From NCBI GenBank assembly GCA_051657245.1, contig JBOFKI010000095.1, positions 1-46,983 of the forward strand: a stretch of DNA of 46,983 nt. Direction: 5' to 3'. Positions 36,948 to 45,716 of the stretch are shown here, piece after piece; the stretch's first letter is position 1; every line of letters begins with the position of its first letter. The translations under genes and the position numbers were made by a program. The notes below the pieces were generated by a model. The model ran no database searches. It was not told where the DNA came from and saw only the letters and a list, made by a program, of their open reading frames with translations. This DNA is from Alphaproteobacteria bacterium. GTDB lineage: Bacteria > Pseudomonadota > Alphaproteobacteria > Holosporales > JBOFFI01.

Positions 36948-37856
36948 ATGGCTGTCCAAATTGAATCGAAGAAAAAAGCAAGCCTTCCCCAGGGGCCCTT
37001 GCGGTTATTGGATCCCAAAAGTGATTTAGTATTCAAAAAGATCTTCGGACAACATCCTGAGCTCGTCAAAAGTTTCCTCAACGGTCTCCTCCGTCTTCCC
37101 GACAATCGACAAATTGAAGAGATCACCTACCTCACCCCTGAGCAAGCCCCCCGCATCCCCTCCATGAAAAACACCATCGTGGATGTCAAATGCAAAGACA
37201 ATCAAGGATACATTTTCGTCGTGGAGATGCAAATGGCATGGAGCGCAAGCTTTTTTAAACGTTTTCTCTTTGGTGCATCGAAAGCTTACGTACAGCAATT
37301 AGATCGCGGCAAAGGTTACGGAAGCCTCTGCCCCGTTTATGGATTAGCCATTCTCCAAAGCGTTTTTGAGCAAGATGACCCAGAGTTTTACCACCAATAT
37401 CGTCTGATCAACGTTAAAAACCTCGATAAATCCCTAGAAGGCCTCGAGTTAATCTTTTGTGAGCTCCCCAAATTTACCCCCGCTACATGGACGGACAAAA
37501 AAATAGGGGCCCTGTGGCTGCGGTTTTTGAAAGAGCTTCCTGATCTGGACACAATCCCTGAAGAGTTCCAAGAAAGTGAAGAACTTCTCCATGCCATCGA
37601 ATTGACCCAAGAGTCTTCTTATACAAAGGCAGAATTAGAGGCTTACGATCAATACTTAGATGCCATGCGGGTAACTATCACCATCCAAGAAGATGCCCTT
37701 TACGAAGGCCAAAAGCTTGGCTTGGAGAAGGGTAAGGCAGAAGAAAAAATAGTCATCGCTCGAAAGCTCCTGTTCACAGGCATGTCTAGAGAAGATGTGT
37801 GTAAAATAACAGGGCTGGAACAAGGTGTGGTAAAAGGATTGGGAGAGAAATCTTAA
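36948..37856 (+). CDS. PD-(D/E)XK nuclease family transposase / Rpn-family recombination-promoting nuclease
   Basis: 302 aa. LDPKSDLVFKKIFGQHPELVKSFLNGLL...IEEITYLTPEQ...KNTIVDVKCKDNQGYIFVVEMQM is the characteristic PDDEXK_2 N-terminal nuclease core (D...D/E-x-K: VDVKC...VEMQ). Confidence 0.8.
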   Translation: MAVQIESKKKASLPQGPLRLLDPKSDLVFKKIFGQHPELVKSFLNGLLRLPDNRQIEEITYLTPEQAPRIPSMKNTIVDVKCKDNQGYIFVVEMQMAWSASFFKRFLFGASKAYVQQLDRGKGYGSLCPVYGLAILQSVFEQDDPEFYHQYRLINVKNLDKSLEGLELIFCELPKFTPATWTDKKIGALWLRFLKELPDLDTIPEEFQESEELLHAIELTQESSYTKAELEAYDQYLDAMRVTITIQEDALYEGQKLGLEKGKAEEKIVIARKLLFTGMSREDVCKITGLEQGVVKGLGEKS

Positions 37857-38580
37857 CTTTGTAACCCAGGATAACTTTTTTGAAACTGCCCTTTTCTACA
37901 TCCAATCCCACAAATCATCTCTTTGTTTTTGTTTAAATTTTCGTAAAAAATTGTTTGATCTGGACGTCAATTTTTGCTAGGGTGGCTGGGAGTCTGGTTG
38001 ACGTGTTTTTAAAGAGACCTCTTTTATGCACCCAACCCAGGCTCACCAGCGTTTTTGGAGTAATCTTTTTGCTAAAAAAAGCAGCTTCAAAGGCAAATCG
38101 CGCAACACCTGAGAGCACCAACTCCCAGATGTTGCTAAACCTTCAACGACTCATTAGCAGTCATAAAGGTCTAATCATGGTTATAGACGATTTTTCTTTT
38201 CAGATGCAACGAGAACCTTGGTCTGGGGTGTTTTTTTCCCAACGGAATAGACACAACTCGCGTAAGGGAACTTCTGTATGGGAGGCGCCAGTTCAAAGAA
38301 CTGAAGCACATCCAGGCATTCCCTTAAAAAGCATGTTCGCCTTAAAAGAAAATACGACACAAGGCAAAGCCTAGCGTTCACGTCTGTTGCCCCAGAAAAG
38401 GGCAGCGCGGGAACGTTGAGTATTGGGTGAGAATCACAAACATTGACTGATGGTCTTTTTTTGGCCTCGCCGGATGCTTTTTACATAATGCCTGCCTTGA
38501 TCTTGGGTTGTCGCGAATAAAAATAAAAATGCTTCCGCTCACATGCTGGAAGCACATAAAAAAAGGGAGGTACAATTTCC

Positions 38581-39882
38581 ATGGGCTTTTTTTCAACACT
38601 CACCAGAAGGCAAAAAGAATCAACGGTTTTGCTGCAAGCAGGAACTTTCCTCGAATATTTTGATTTAATGCTCTACGTCCACATGGCCGTCTTCCTAAAT
38701 GAGCTTTTTTTTCCCAAAGCAACTGGCTTTACAGCCTCGCTCCTAACATCCTTTGCGTTCTGCTCTACCTTTGTTTTTAGACCCTTCGGAGCCATGCTCT
38801 TCGGTTACATCGGCGACAAAATCGGCCGCAAGCACACTGTCATTATAACCAGTACGCTCATGTCCTTTTCTTGCATCACTATGGCTGTCATGCCGACTTA
38901 TGAAACGGTAGGCATAACAGCGGCCTGGGTGATTACCCTGTGTCGAGCTATCCAAGGTATGTCTTCCATGGGAGAGATTGTGGGGGCTGGTATTTATTTA
39001 ACAGAAACGATTCCATTGCCAGCACGCCACCCTGTGGTGGCTTGGTTAACTGTTTCCGCGAGCGTAGGCGCTATGGCAGCCTTGGCTATTGCGACTATGA
39101 TCACAACCTTTTCCTACGAATGGCGTCCTGTTTTTTTCTTCGGCGCGACCATCGCGGTGATCGGATCCGTCGCACGGACCATGCTGAGAGAAACACCTGA
39201 ATTTCTCAAAAACCGAAAAAAACAAACGGATTTCATCGCTGAAAAGACAAACTATAAAACGATTTTGGGTATGTTTTTTGTTTTTTGTTCCGGACCTGTA
39301 TGGTTTTATTTTGTTTTCATCTATTGTGGTAATATCCTAAGAGATTCTTTTGGATATACAGCGCCACAATTGCTTCAAAATAATTTTTTTGCTTCCATTG
39401 CTTTTGTAATTTCTAATATCATTTGTTCTCAATTATGCTATCGAGTCTACCCCATCAAAATTGTTAAAGTTTTATTGGGGGTCTTGGTGCCCTCCATTGC
39501 TTTATTCCCATACTTACTTAACCATGTTACCCATGCGTACGAGGTCTTAATCATTCAGACCATCGTAGGGCTTTTTAGCGTTGGAAGTTTTCCGTCTACA
39601 GCTATTTTTTACCGTCATTTTCCAACTTTAAAACGGATGACCCTGATTTCCATGGGATATGCCGTTGCAAAGGCCTTTATGTATGCATTTATCTCTTTTG
39701 GAATGATTTATTTGAACCTATGGATGGGCCATTGGGGCTTGTGGGTGTTGATGATCCCTTCCGTCTTAACCTTCGCCTGGGCCTTAAGGCATTTTGAGAA
39801 GCTGGATGCCCCCTATCGCCACGAATCTTCCCAAGCTCAAAAATCTAAAAAAATTCCAGATTCATTGAAAGAAGCAGCGTAA
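38581..39882 (+). CDS. MFS transporter (metabolite:H+ symporter, ProP-like)
   Basis: 433 aa with about 12 TM segments. RPFGAMLFGYIGDKIGRKHTVIIT is the MFS/MHS loop 2-3 signature. Confidence 0.85.
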   Translation: MGFFSTLTRRQKESTVLLQAGTFLEYFDLMLYVHMAVFLNELFFPKATGFTASLLTSFAFCSTFVFRPFGAMLFGYIGDKIGRKHTVIITSTLMSFSCITMAVMPTYETVGITAAWVITLCRAIQGMSSMGEIVGAGIYLTETIPLPARHPVVAWLTVSASVGAMAALAIATMITTFSYEWRPVFFFGATIAVIGSVARTMLRETPEFLKNRKKQTDFIAEKTNYKTILGMFFVFCSGPVWFYFVFIYCGNILRDSFGYTAPQLLQNNFFASIAFVISNIICSQLCYRVYPIKIVKVLLGVLVPSIALFPYLLNHVTHAYEVLIIQTIVGLFSVGSFPSTAIFYRHFPTLKRMTLISMGYAVAKAFMYAFISFGMIYLNLWMGHWGLWVLMIPSVLTFAWALRHFEKLDAPYRHESSQAQKSKKIPDSLKEAA

Positions 39883-40019
39883 GGTTTTGAGATTCCAGGA
39901 TGAATAAGCCCTTAGCGCCTTTTAAGACAGCAGGAGCTATGCATCACAGGGGTAAGCCCCAAGGTTTTCACGAGACGGTTAAACCCTATCTCACTTCAAA
40001 CTTGAATAAAGACCTCTTG

Positions 40020-40166
40020 TCGAATCCTTTTATGGGCCGATGGGTGTGTCACCAAAGGGTTAGATCCAGTGCTCAGATCCTCATGTACCTTAAGTACGAC
40101 AGAAGGTCTTGTGCGTCCTAAATGTCTGCCCCTCAGTTCGCCTCAAACGTGGTTTCGACAAGAGGT
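40020..40166. repeat. MITE-like or structured-RNA-like element, copy 2 (about 147 bp)
   Basis: Same termini as 25815-25957 (GACCTCTTGTCGAATCC ... GGTTTCGACAAGAGGT). Carries an extra block of about 12 nt (caaagggttagatcca) and scattered central substitutions. Ends 5 nt from the stop codon of the motE-like gene. Confidence 0.7.
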
Positions 40167-40171
40167 GTCTT

Positions 40172-41122
40172 CTATTCTTCAGCCTTTGCGCCGTTAGGCT
40201 GAGATGCATCGTCTGGTTTTTCAGTTTCTTTTTGATTCATTTGGCTTATTTCTTGAGTGAATTTTCGTCTTGCTGCGAGTTCAACTGTAAGTTTTTGAGC
40301 TGCTCTGGGGTTCATAGCGCTTAAAATGGGAGAAAGTTTCACTTCTTTCATCATATCAACAACTTCCAGCAACACTTCTAGATCAAGGCCCTCAAAAATG
40401 AGAGCTGCTTTATCAGGCTTCATCAGTTCATAGATTTTGACGAGACCACGCATTCTTTCTTTTTCATGCTCTTCCTTGGCAGATACCATTTCTTTCAGGA
40501 TATCTCGAATTTTTTCTAACTCTTGGACTTTTTGATCAATCCTTTTTTCTGCAATCTCTAAAAGATGCTCCCGGTCTAAAACAGATTTTTCCCGTTTTTC
40601 GATTTCATTACGGCGCGCTGAGAGGCTTTGAAGAATTTTGACCTCTTCTGTCGTTAAATTCAAGATATCGAGCTCTGTTTCCTTGAAAGCAGTCTCTGAT
40701 GGTGAGGCTTGCTTTTCTTCTGCTTTGATAATTGATCCGGCACCTGAAGTTAAAGAGTTAGCGCTAACCAGCACTCCCCCTGATTCAGAAAGAACAGAGT
40801 TTTGTTCAAGCGAGGTTTCTTTTGTTTGTCTGGCATTTTGACTTTCAGAGCTTTGAGCAACAGGTGATGGCGTGCTTGTTCCTGAAGATGATGCTATATT
40901 TCCAGCTTGGGCAGGATTTACAGTGATTTTTTCTGGTTCTGCTGCAGCTTGCAAAAAGCTTTTTGAGTCTCCAGAAAGCAGGGTTGCAGAAGCAACAGGA
41001 GATTTATCATAAAATCTAAACCCAAGCAAAATCGTGATACCCAACAGGATGCTGGGAATCCAGAAAATGCTTCGGAACGAAATTTCCGCAGAAGAATTTG
41101 AAAAAGATGTGAAAAAGGACAT
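40172..41122 (-). CDS. MotE-like flagellar protein (MgtE_N-type C-terminal domain)
   Basis: 316 aa. N-terminal TM helix, Ser/Ala-rich low-complexity region and a coiled coil. The C-terminal LVKIYELMKPDKAALIFEGLDLEVLLEVVDMMKEVKLSPILSAMNPRAAQKLTVELA resembles the MgtE_N/MotE family. Last gene of the fliL-fliM string, with a 1-nt start/stop overlap. Confidence 0.6.
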   Translation of the reverse strand: MSFFTSFSNSSAEISFRSIFWIPSILLGITILLGFRFYDKSPVASATLLSGDSKSFLQAAAEPEKITVNPAQAGNIASSSGTSTPSPVAQSSESQNARQTKETSLEQNSVLSESGGVLVSANSLTSGAGSIIKAEEKQASPSETAFKETELDILNLTTEEVKILQSLSARRNEIEKREKSVLDREHLLEIAEKRIDQKVQELEKIRDILKEMVSAKEEHEKERMRGLVKIYELMKPDKAALIFEGLDLEVLLEVVDMMKEVKLSPILSAMNPRAAQKLTVELAARRKFTQEISQMNQKETEKPDDASQPNGAKAEE

Positions 41123-41598
41123 TAGTGCAATCCTGTTGCTTGTTGAAGAAATCCTCCGGATTCCTTGATAGAAGGCAAAATTGGAAGTGAATCCCCTTTT
41201 TTAGGCGCTAATTTTTTGAGAGGTTCTTCTTCCGTTTCAGGTTTGGTCATTTCTTGTTTAATTTCTCGGGCTTTTCGAACCTCACGCTCAAGCTCTTTGA
41301 CCAAAGACTCCCCACGGTCTGAGAAAAATCTGAGATCATCTACCAAGGATGTCGCCGTTCGAATTTTGAGATTTAAGCTTTCTTCAAATTCCGTCGTTTT
41401 CTGACGCAATTGATTTAAGCTTGTTTCTGCATGGGCCAGTGACTGGGAAAACGCTGCGAGAAGCCGTTCCAGATCTTGTCTATTTTTATAAAAGACGTTC
41501 AGTTTACGCACCAGTAAAGACGTATAAGCAAAAGCACACATAACAAGGGTTACAAGACCTGCATCCCAAAAAAATGAAGATATATAAAAATTAAGCAT
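41122..41598 (-). CDS. hypothetical membrane-anchored coiled-coil protein in the fliLM operon
   Basis: 158 aa. One N-terminal TM helix (LVTLVMCAFAYTSLLV) followed by a coiled coil. Its start overlaps the fliM stop by 8 nt and its stop overlaps the motE-like start (TAATG), implying translational coupling. Confidence 0.6.
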   Translation of the reverse strand: MLNFYISSFFWDAGLVTLVMCAFAYTSLLVRKLNVFYKNRQDLERLLAAFSQSLAHAETSLNQLRQKTTEFEESLNLKIRTATSLVDDLRFFSDRGESLVKELEREVRKAREIKQEMTKPETEEEPLKKLAPKKGDSLPILPSIKESGGFLQQATGLH

Positions 41599-42568
41599 CT
41601 TCTTCCTCCTCTGAGTGGTTTAAGTAATCAGCATCCAAAAAAATGGCGACATTTCCATTTCTTTGCCCCATTTTTCCAACAAAAAGACTGTGTTCCCCAC
41701 ATCTTACCTTGACTTGGCTTTCGGGAGTTACACCGAGAGGCAATAAGCTTCCTTCTCGCCAATTTACGACAGTACCTAAACCTAGAAAAACCTCATCTAA
41801 AACCGCTTCAAGGCTCACTTCTGTATGGTGCAGCTCTTTCGATACATGGTTTTCCCAAACGCTATCATGGCCTATATTTTCGCCAACAAACATCTCTAAC
41901 AGCATGGGACGAATGGCTTCTAAGCTTCCGTAAGGAATCAGCAATTCCATCATACCGCCTTTTCCTTCCATTTGAATTTTTAAACGCATTAAGATTGCGG
42001 TGTTTGAAGGCCTTACGATGGTTGCAAATTTTGGGCTTGTTTCAATTCGATCGATAGAAAATTTTGTTGGAGAAAGGGGTTCTAGAGCTAACTCTAATTC
42101 ATCTAGTAACAATTTAAAAAGACGCTTAACCAGGTTGCGTTCGATGGTTGTGTAAGATTTAGTATTTTCAACTTTTGAAGATTCTTGAGTTTTCCTGCCT
42201 CCTAAAAACACATTTACAATAGAATAAATGAGCGGTGAATCTGCAATGATTAAAGAAGCCCCATCCCATTGTTTTGAAGTAAAAACGCCAATCAAAGATT
42301 GGGGAGAAACTTTATCAAGATGTTCCCCAAAGCGAAGGGAAACTATCTCACTTAAGCTGACTTCAACATTATCCGAGGTTAAATTTCGAAGCCCCGTTGA
42401 AAGCGTACGGGTCACCCGCTCAAAAATCACTTCCAACATGGGCAGGCGTTCATAAGAAACCGTCTCCGGGTTTAAAATCGCTTCTAACCATGGAGGTAGG
42501 CTATTTTCCTGGGAGATTTTCGCAGTTTGCCTCTTTTCCTGCTTTGCTGTTGGTGTATTTTTGACCAT
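41591..42568 (-). CDS. fliM: flagellar motor switch protein FliM
   Basis: 325 aa. ...YERLPMLEVIFERVTRTLSTGLRNLT... and a C-terminal SpoA-like region (VKVRCGEHSLFVGKMGQRNGNVAI) are typical of FliM. Confidence 0.9.
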   Translation of the reverse strand: MVKNTPTAKQEKRQTAKISQENSLPPWLEAILNPETVSYERLPMLEVIFERVTRTLSTGLRNLTSDNVEVSLSEIVSLRFGEHLDKVSPQSLIGVFTSKQWDGASLIIADSPLIYSIVNVFLGGRKTQESSKVENTKSYTTIERNLVKRLFKLLLDELELALEPLSPTKFSIDRIETSPKFATIVRPSNTAILMRLKIQMEGKGGMMELLIPYGSLEAIRPMLLEMFVGENIGHDSVWENHVSKELHHTEVSLEAVLDEVFLGLGTVVNWREGSLLPLGVTPESQVKVRCGEHSLFVGKMGQRNGNVAIFLDADYLNHSEEEEDA

Positions 42569-42582
42569 TACGTCTTTTCTCC

Positions 42583-43116
42583 TTACTGAACCAGCATATT
42601 TTTAAATAGAACGTTGCGCACTTTGATAGGAGCAGACTCTGCATTCACACGAACTAATAATTGATCCCTCAGTTGGTACATCGCCTCTGATCCTTTAAAA
42701 TCATCTACTCGCAGCTCCCTTAAATACACTTGAAACTGGTCCACAATGCGTGGAATAACCACCTGTATATCCTGAATGTGTTTCTCGTGGGTTAATTCCA
42801 ATACAAGAGAAATTTTTAAAAAACGTTGCCTGGTTCCTGCTGGAACGCTTAGGTTCACAAGAATATCAGGGAGCGCCATAAAAAATGATTTTTGAAAGCC
42901 TGTTAAAGAGCGTTCTTCTTTTTTTTGCTTAGGAGGCTCTTCCAATCCCAACATCTGTCGCCCTTGTGACGTGAGAAGAGCCGTTGCAATTGCAGCTCCC
43001 AATATACCCACGATAATTATGATAAAAAGAAATTTGTTTCCTTTTTTTTTCTCAGGTTTGGTCAAAGCTCCAGATTCCTGCTCAGAACTTTGGGTTGTTT
43101 TTGATGTATCCTCCAT
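42583..43116 (-). CDS. fliL: flagellar basal body-associated protein FliL
   Basis: 177 aa. A single TM helix, then FMALPDILVNLSVPAGTRQRFLKISLVLEL, the FliL signature (...l..f.vNL......ryLk..i.le). Upstream of fliM. Confidence 0.85.
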   Translation of the reverse strand: MEDTSKTTQSSEQESGALTKPEKKKGNKFLFIIIIVGILGAAIATALLTSQGRQMLGLEEPPKQKKEERSLTGFQKSFFMALPDILVNLSVPAGTRQRFLKISLVLELTHEKHIQDIQVVIPRIVDQFQVYLRELRVDDFKGSEAMYQLRDQLLVRVNAESAPIKVRNVLFKNMLVQ

Positions 43117-43159
43117 GATTTCCTCTTCTCTTTGGTCTTGGCTAGGTTTTTATACCCTG

Positions 43160-43175
43160 TGAAATCATCGTGCCA
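43160..43175 (-). promoter_or_regulatory. weak sigma-54-like element upstream of fliL
   Basis: The minus strand reads TGGCAC-GATGA-TTTCA. The -24 element is perfect, but the -12 GC is replaced by TC. It ends about 44 nt upstream of the fliL ATG. Confidence 0.3.
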
Positions 43176-43222
43176 AAATGTACACGTTAGCCTTATTTAT
43201 ATTTTGTCCATTAGATCAATCA

Positions 43223-43238
43223 TGGCACACATCCTGCA
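43223..43238 (+). promoter_or_regulatory. sigma-54 (-24/-12) promoter candidate for flgF-flgG-flgA-flgH
   Basis: TGGCAC-ACATC-CTGCA matches the consensus TGGCAC-N5-TTGCA in 10 of 11 specified positions, with correct GG-N10-GC spacing. It lies 65 nt upstream of the flgF ATG. Confidence 0.55.
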
Positions 43239-43302
43239 TCCAAAAGGGTAAATAGAATCTAAACAACAATATAAAAATTTTAGATAAAAGAAGGATTTTT
43301 AC

Positions 43303-44037
43303 ATGGCTAAGGTTGTCGCTTCACTTCTTGGAACCCAGTTTGTTGGGCTTAACCGTGCCTTGCAGGAAACAGGGCATAATGTTGGAAATTTTGGTACATC
43401 TGGTTTCCAAAAGCACATGTCTCTTTTTGAAAGCTATGACCATCCTGTTGGTGCTCATGGAGAAAAAATCAGTTATGCCGTCCACGGACCCGAATGGCGG
43501 AATTTACAGCAAGGAGGTCTGAGGGCAACTGGAGACGTTTATAACGTTGCAATTTTAGGAGAAGGTTTTTTGAAATTAGAGGGAGAGGTTTATACAAGAG
43601 CTGGAGAATTATTACAAGACGCTGAGGGTGTTTTAAGAACGTCAGATGGTCGTGCAATTCTTGATAATGGAGGAGCCCCCATAGCTATTCCTATCGGAGA
43701 GAAAATTAGCATTAATCGAGATGGTTCTATTTTTTCCGTAACAACCCAAGAAAACATTGCGACCCTTGGGTTATTTCAGTTTGAAAATCGGCAAAATCTA
43801 AAAGCCATTGGTAACAACGTCTATGAACCCACCCCAGGGCAAGAAGAACAGCCCGTTGAAACACCGAATATTCTTCAAGGCTTTTTAGAAACGAGCAATA
43901 CCAACTCTGGGGAAGAGATGATAGATCTTGCTAATTTCACAACGACTTACCAACAGGCTGTTTATATGAGCCAGGCCTACCAATCAACCCAATCAGAAAT
44001 GGTCCATCCGTTCTTAAGCCCATTGCTGAAGGCGTAA
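43303..44037 (+). CDS. flgF: flagellar basal-body rod protein FlgF
   Basis: 244 aa. Rod-family N-terminus (...LNRALQETGHNVGNFGTSGFQK) and C-terminus (LQGFLETSNTNSGEEMIDLANFTTTYQ). Precedes flgG. Confidence 0.85.
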   Translation: MAKVVASLLGTQFVGLNRALQETGHNVGNFGTSGFQKHMSLFESYDHPVGAHGEKISYAVHGPEWRNLQQGGLRATGDVYNVAILGEGFLKLEGEVYTRAGELLQDAEGVLRTSDGRAILDNGGAPIAIPIGEKISINRDGSIFSVTTQENIATLGLFQFENRQNLKAIGNNVYEPTPGQEEQPVETPNILQGFLETSNTNSGEEMIDLANFTTTYQQAVYMSQAYQSTQSEMVHPFLSPLLKA

Positions 44038-44114
44038 AACTTAATTTTTCAAATTTAAAAAAAATTTTACAAATTGGCGCTAAAAATAACAAAATTTTTA
44101 CAAGGAGACAGATT

Positions 44115-44909
44115 ATGGCCGCAAGTGATATTGCTGCAACAGGTATGTACGCAATGAAAACAAAAATGGAAACGTTGACCGGTAACATAGCAAACTCCAA
44201 AACAATCGCCTATAAAGCACAAGAAGTAGAGTTTAAGGATACCCTTTACCAAATGTATCAACCTGCTGGTATGCCGCTCGATGACGCTGGAAACATAACG
44301 CCTGTTCCCTTTCAAGTTGGAACAGGCGTTCGCGTAGGAAGCACCTATCGGCATCTTGCAAAAGGAGAGGCTATCTCGACAGAAAATCCCCTTGATCTTT
44401 ATATTGATGGGCCTGGATACTTAAAAGTCACCTATCCGGATGACACATACGTTTATACCCAGGCCGGGAATTTTACCCTTGATGATCAACGCCGTATTGT
44501 CACATCTGAAGGATACCTTGTGGAAGATGGTTTTACGATCCCTGAATACACGACAGATATTTATATCAACCGGCAAGGTGAAATTTACGCAAGAGTTGAT
44601 GGCGAAGAGGACGCTCAGCTGGTTGGAAATTTCAGTTTGACTATTTTTAATAATCCCAGAGGCCTTGAAGCCATCAGTGAAAACTTTTACAAAGAGACTC
44701 CCGCTTCTGGCGACCCTGTGGAGGGGCAACCCGATGAACAAGGTTATGGGAGCATCCTTCAAAAACATATTGAAGCTTCAAACGTACAATTGATAACCCA
44801 AATGACGGGGATCATTGATGCTCAAATTTGCTATCAAGCTTGCGCGGAGGTCATCAAAAAAGATAACCAACGCAAAGAAGTAGACATTTCTTTGGCCAGA
44901 AATAGTTAA
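44115..44909 (+). CDS. flgG: flagellar basal-body distal rod protein FlgG
   Basis: 264 aa. AATGMYAMKTKMETLTGNIANSKTIAYK, ...FQVGTGVRVGSTYR..., and the C-terminal LQKHIEASNVQLITQMTGIIDAQICYQA are FlgG hallmarks. Confidence 0.93.
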   Translation: MAASDIAATGMYAMKTKMETLTGNIANSKTIAYKAQEVEFKDTLYQMYQPAGMPLDDAGNITPVPFQVGTGVRVGSTYRHLAKGEAISTENPLDLYIDGPGYLKVTYPDDTYVYTQAGNFTLDDQRRIVTSEGYLVEDGFTIPEYTTDIYINRQGEIYARVDGEEDAQLVGNFSLTIFNNPRGLEAISENFYKETPASGDPVEGQPDEQGYGSILQKHIEASNVQLITQMTGIIDAQICYQACAEVIKKDNQRKEVDISLARNS

Positions 44910-44942
44910 TCTGCCCCACTTTCATAAAAGGAAACCATCATC

Positions 44943-45716
44943 GTGGGACAGCAGCATCTTCTAACCAGATCGATTTATTTTGTATCAGCAATAGGCTTTT
45001 TTTTCTTTTCAACTATTTGCTTGGGAAAACTTGAAACGCCAGATTTAAAAGATCTTTCTAGCAAAGAGGATGTTCCTCAATTTCTTTCCAAAGAAATAGC
45101 TTCCCAAGTTCAAGAACAAACGGGATCTCAAAGTGTGCGTTTGAGCTTTGACCCCAGATGTATGGCGTTGTTATCTTCCCTCAAGGAAGGAAATTTTCAC
45201 ATTGAACAGGTGACGATTGATCAACATCGCTCCCGTTTTATAGCAACAATATCCACACCCGATGGGATGAAACCTCTGATGATCAAAGGGGGGTTTACGT
45301 TATCTCTAAGACTTCCTTTTGTGGTTAGGTCCATTGCCCCTGGCGAAGTCATCCAACAAGATGACCTGGAATGGAACACGGTTGAAGTGGGATCAAATTT
45401 AAAAAATGCCGTCTTAAGAGTTGAAGATTTAGTCGAAAAAACTCCTCGCCAAAAAAATCTTGAGCCGGGAAAAATTATCAAAGCGCGAGATCTCCAAAAA
45501 CCGATCTTGGTTAAAAAAAATGAAATCGTTACAGTCATTTATCAAAAAAACACGCTCATCATTGAACATCAAGGTAAGGCCTTAGATGAAGGTGGTGCAG
45601 GCGACGCGATTCGCGTTTTAAATCCTGTAAGCAAAAAACCTATTTTCGGAACAATTATTGCTAGAAAACAAGTCAAAATAGGAGATCATTCTCCACAAGA
45701 AAGGTCTGCTTTATGA
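44943..45716 (+). CDS. flgA: flagellar P-ring assembly chaperone FlgA
   Basis: 257 aa with a signal/TM N-terminus and a SAF-like segment (IAPGEVIQQDDLEW). The C-terminal motif GKALDEGGAGDAIRVLNPVSKKPIFGTI is typical of FlgA. Located between flgG and flgH. Confidence 0.8.
   Translation: MGQQHLLTRSIYFVSAIGFFFFSTICLGKLETPDLKDLSSKEDVPQFLSKEIASQVQEQTGSQSVRLSFDPRCMALLSSLKEGNFHIEQVTIDQHRSRFIATISTPDGMKPLMIKGGFTLSLRLPFVVRSIAPGEVIQQDDLEWNTVEVGSNLKNAVLRVEDLVEKTPRQKNLEPGKIIKARDLQKPILVKKNEIVTVIYQKNTLIIEHQGKALDEGGAGDAIRVLNPVSKKPIFGTIIARKQVKIGDHSPQERSAL

Noticed and set aside
37955-38374. 139-aa ORF with IDDFSFQ resembling an IS630 DDE-region motif
   Set aside because: A single short motif match with no other transposase landmarks. 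It is reported only as possible gene debris.
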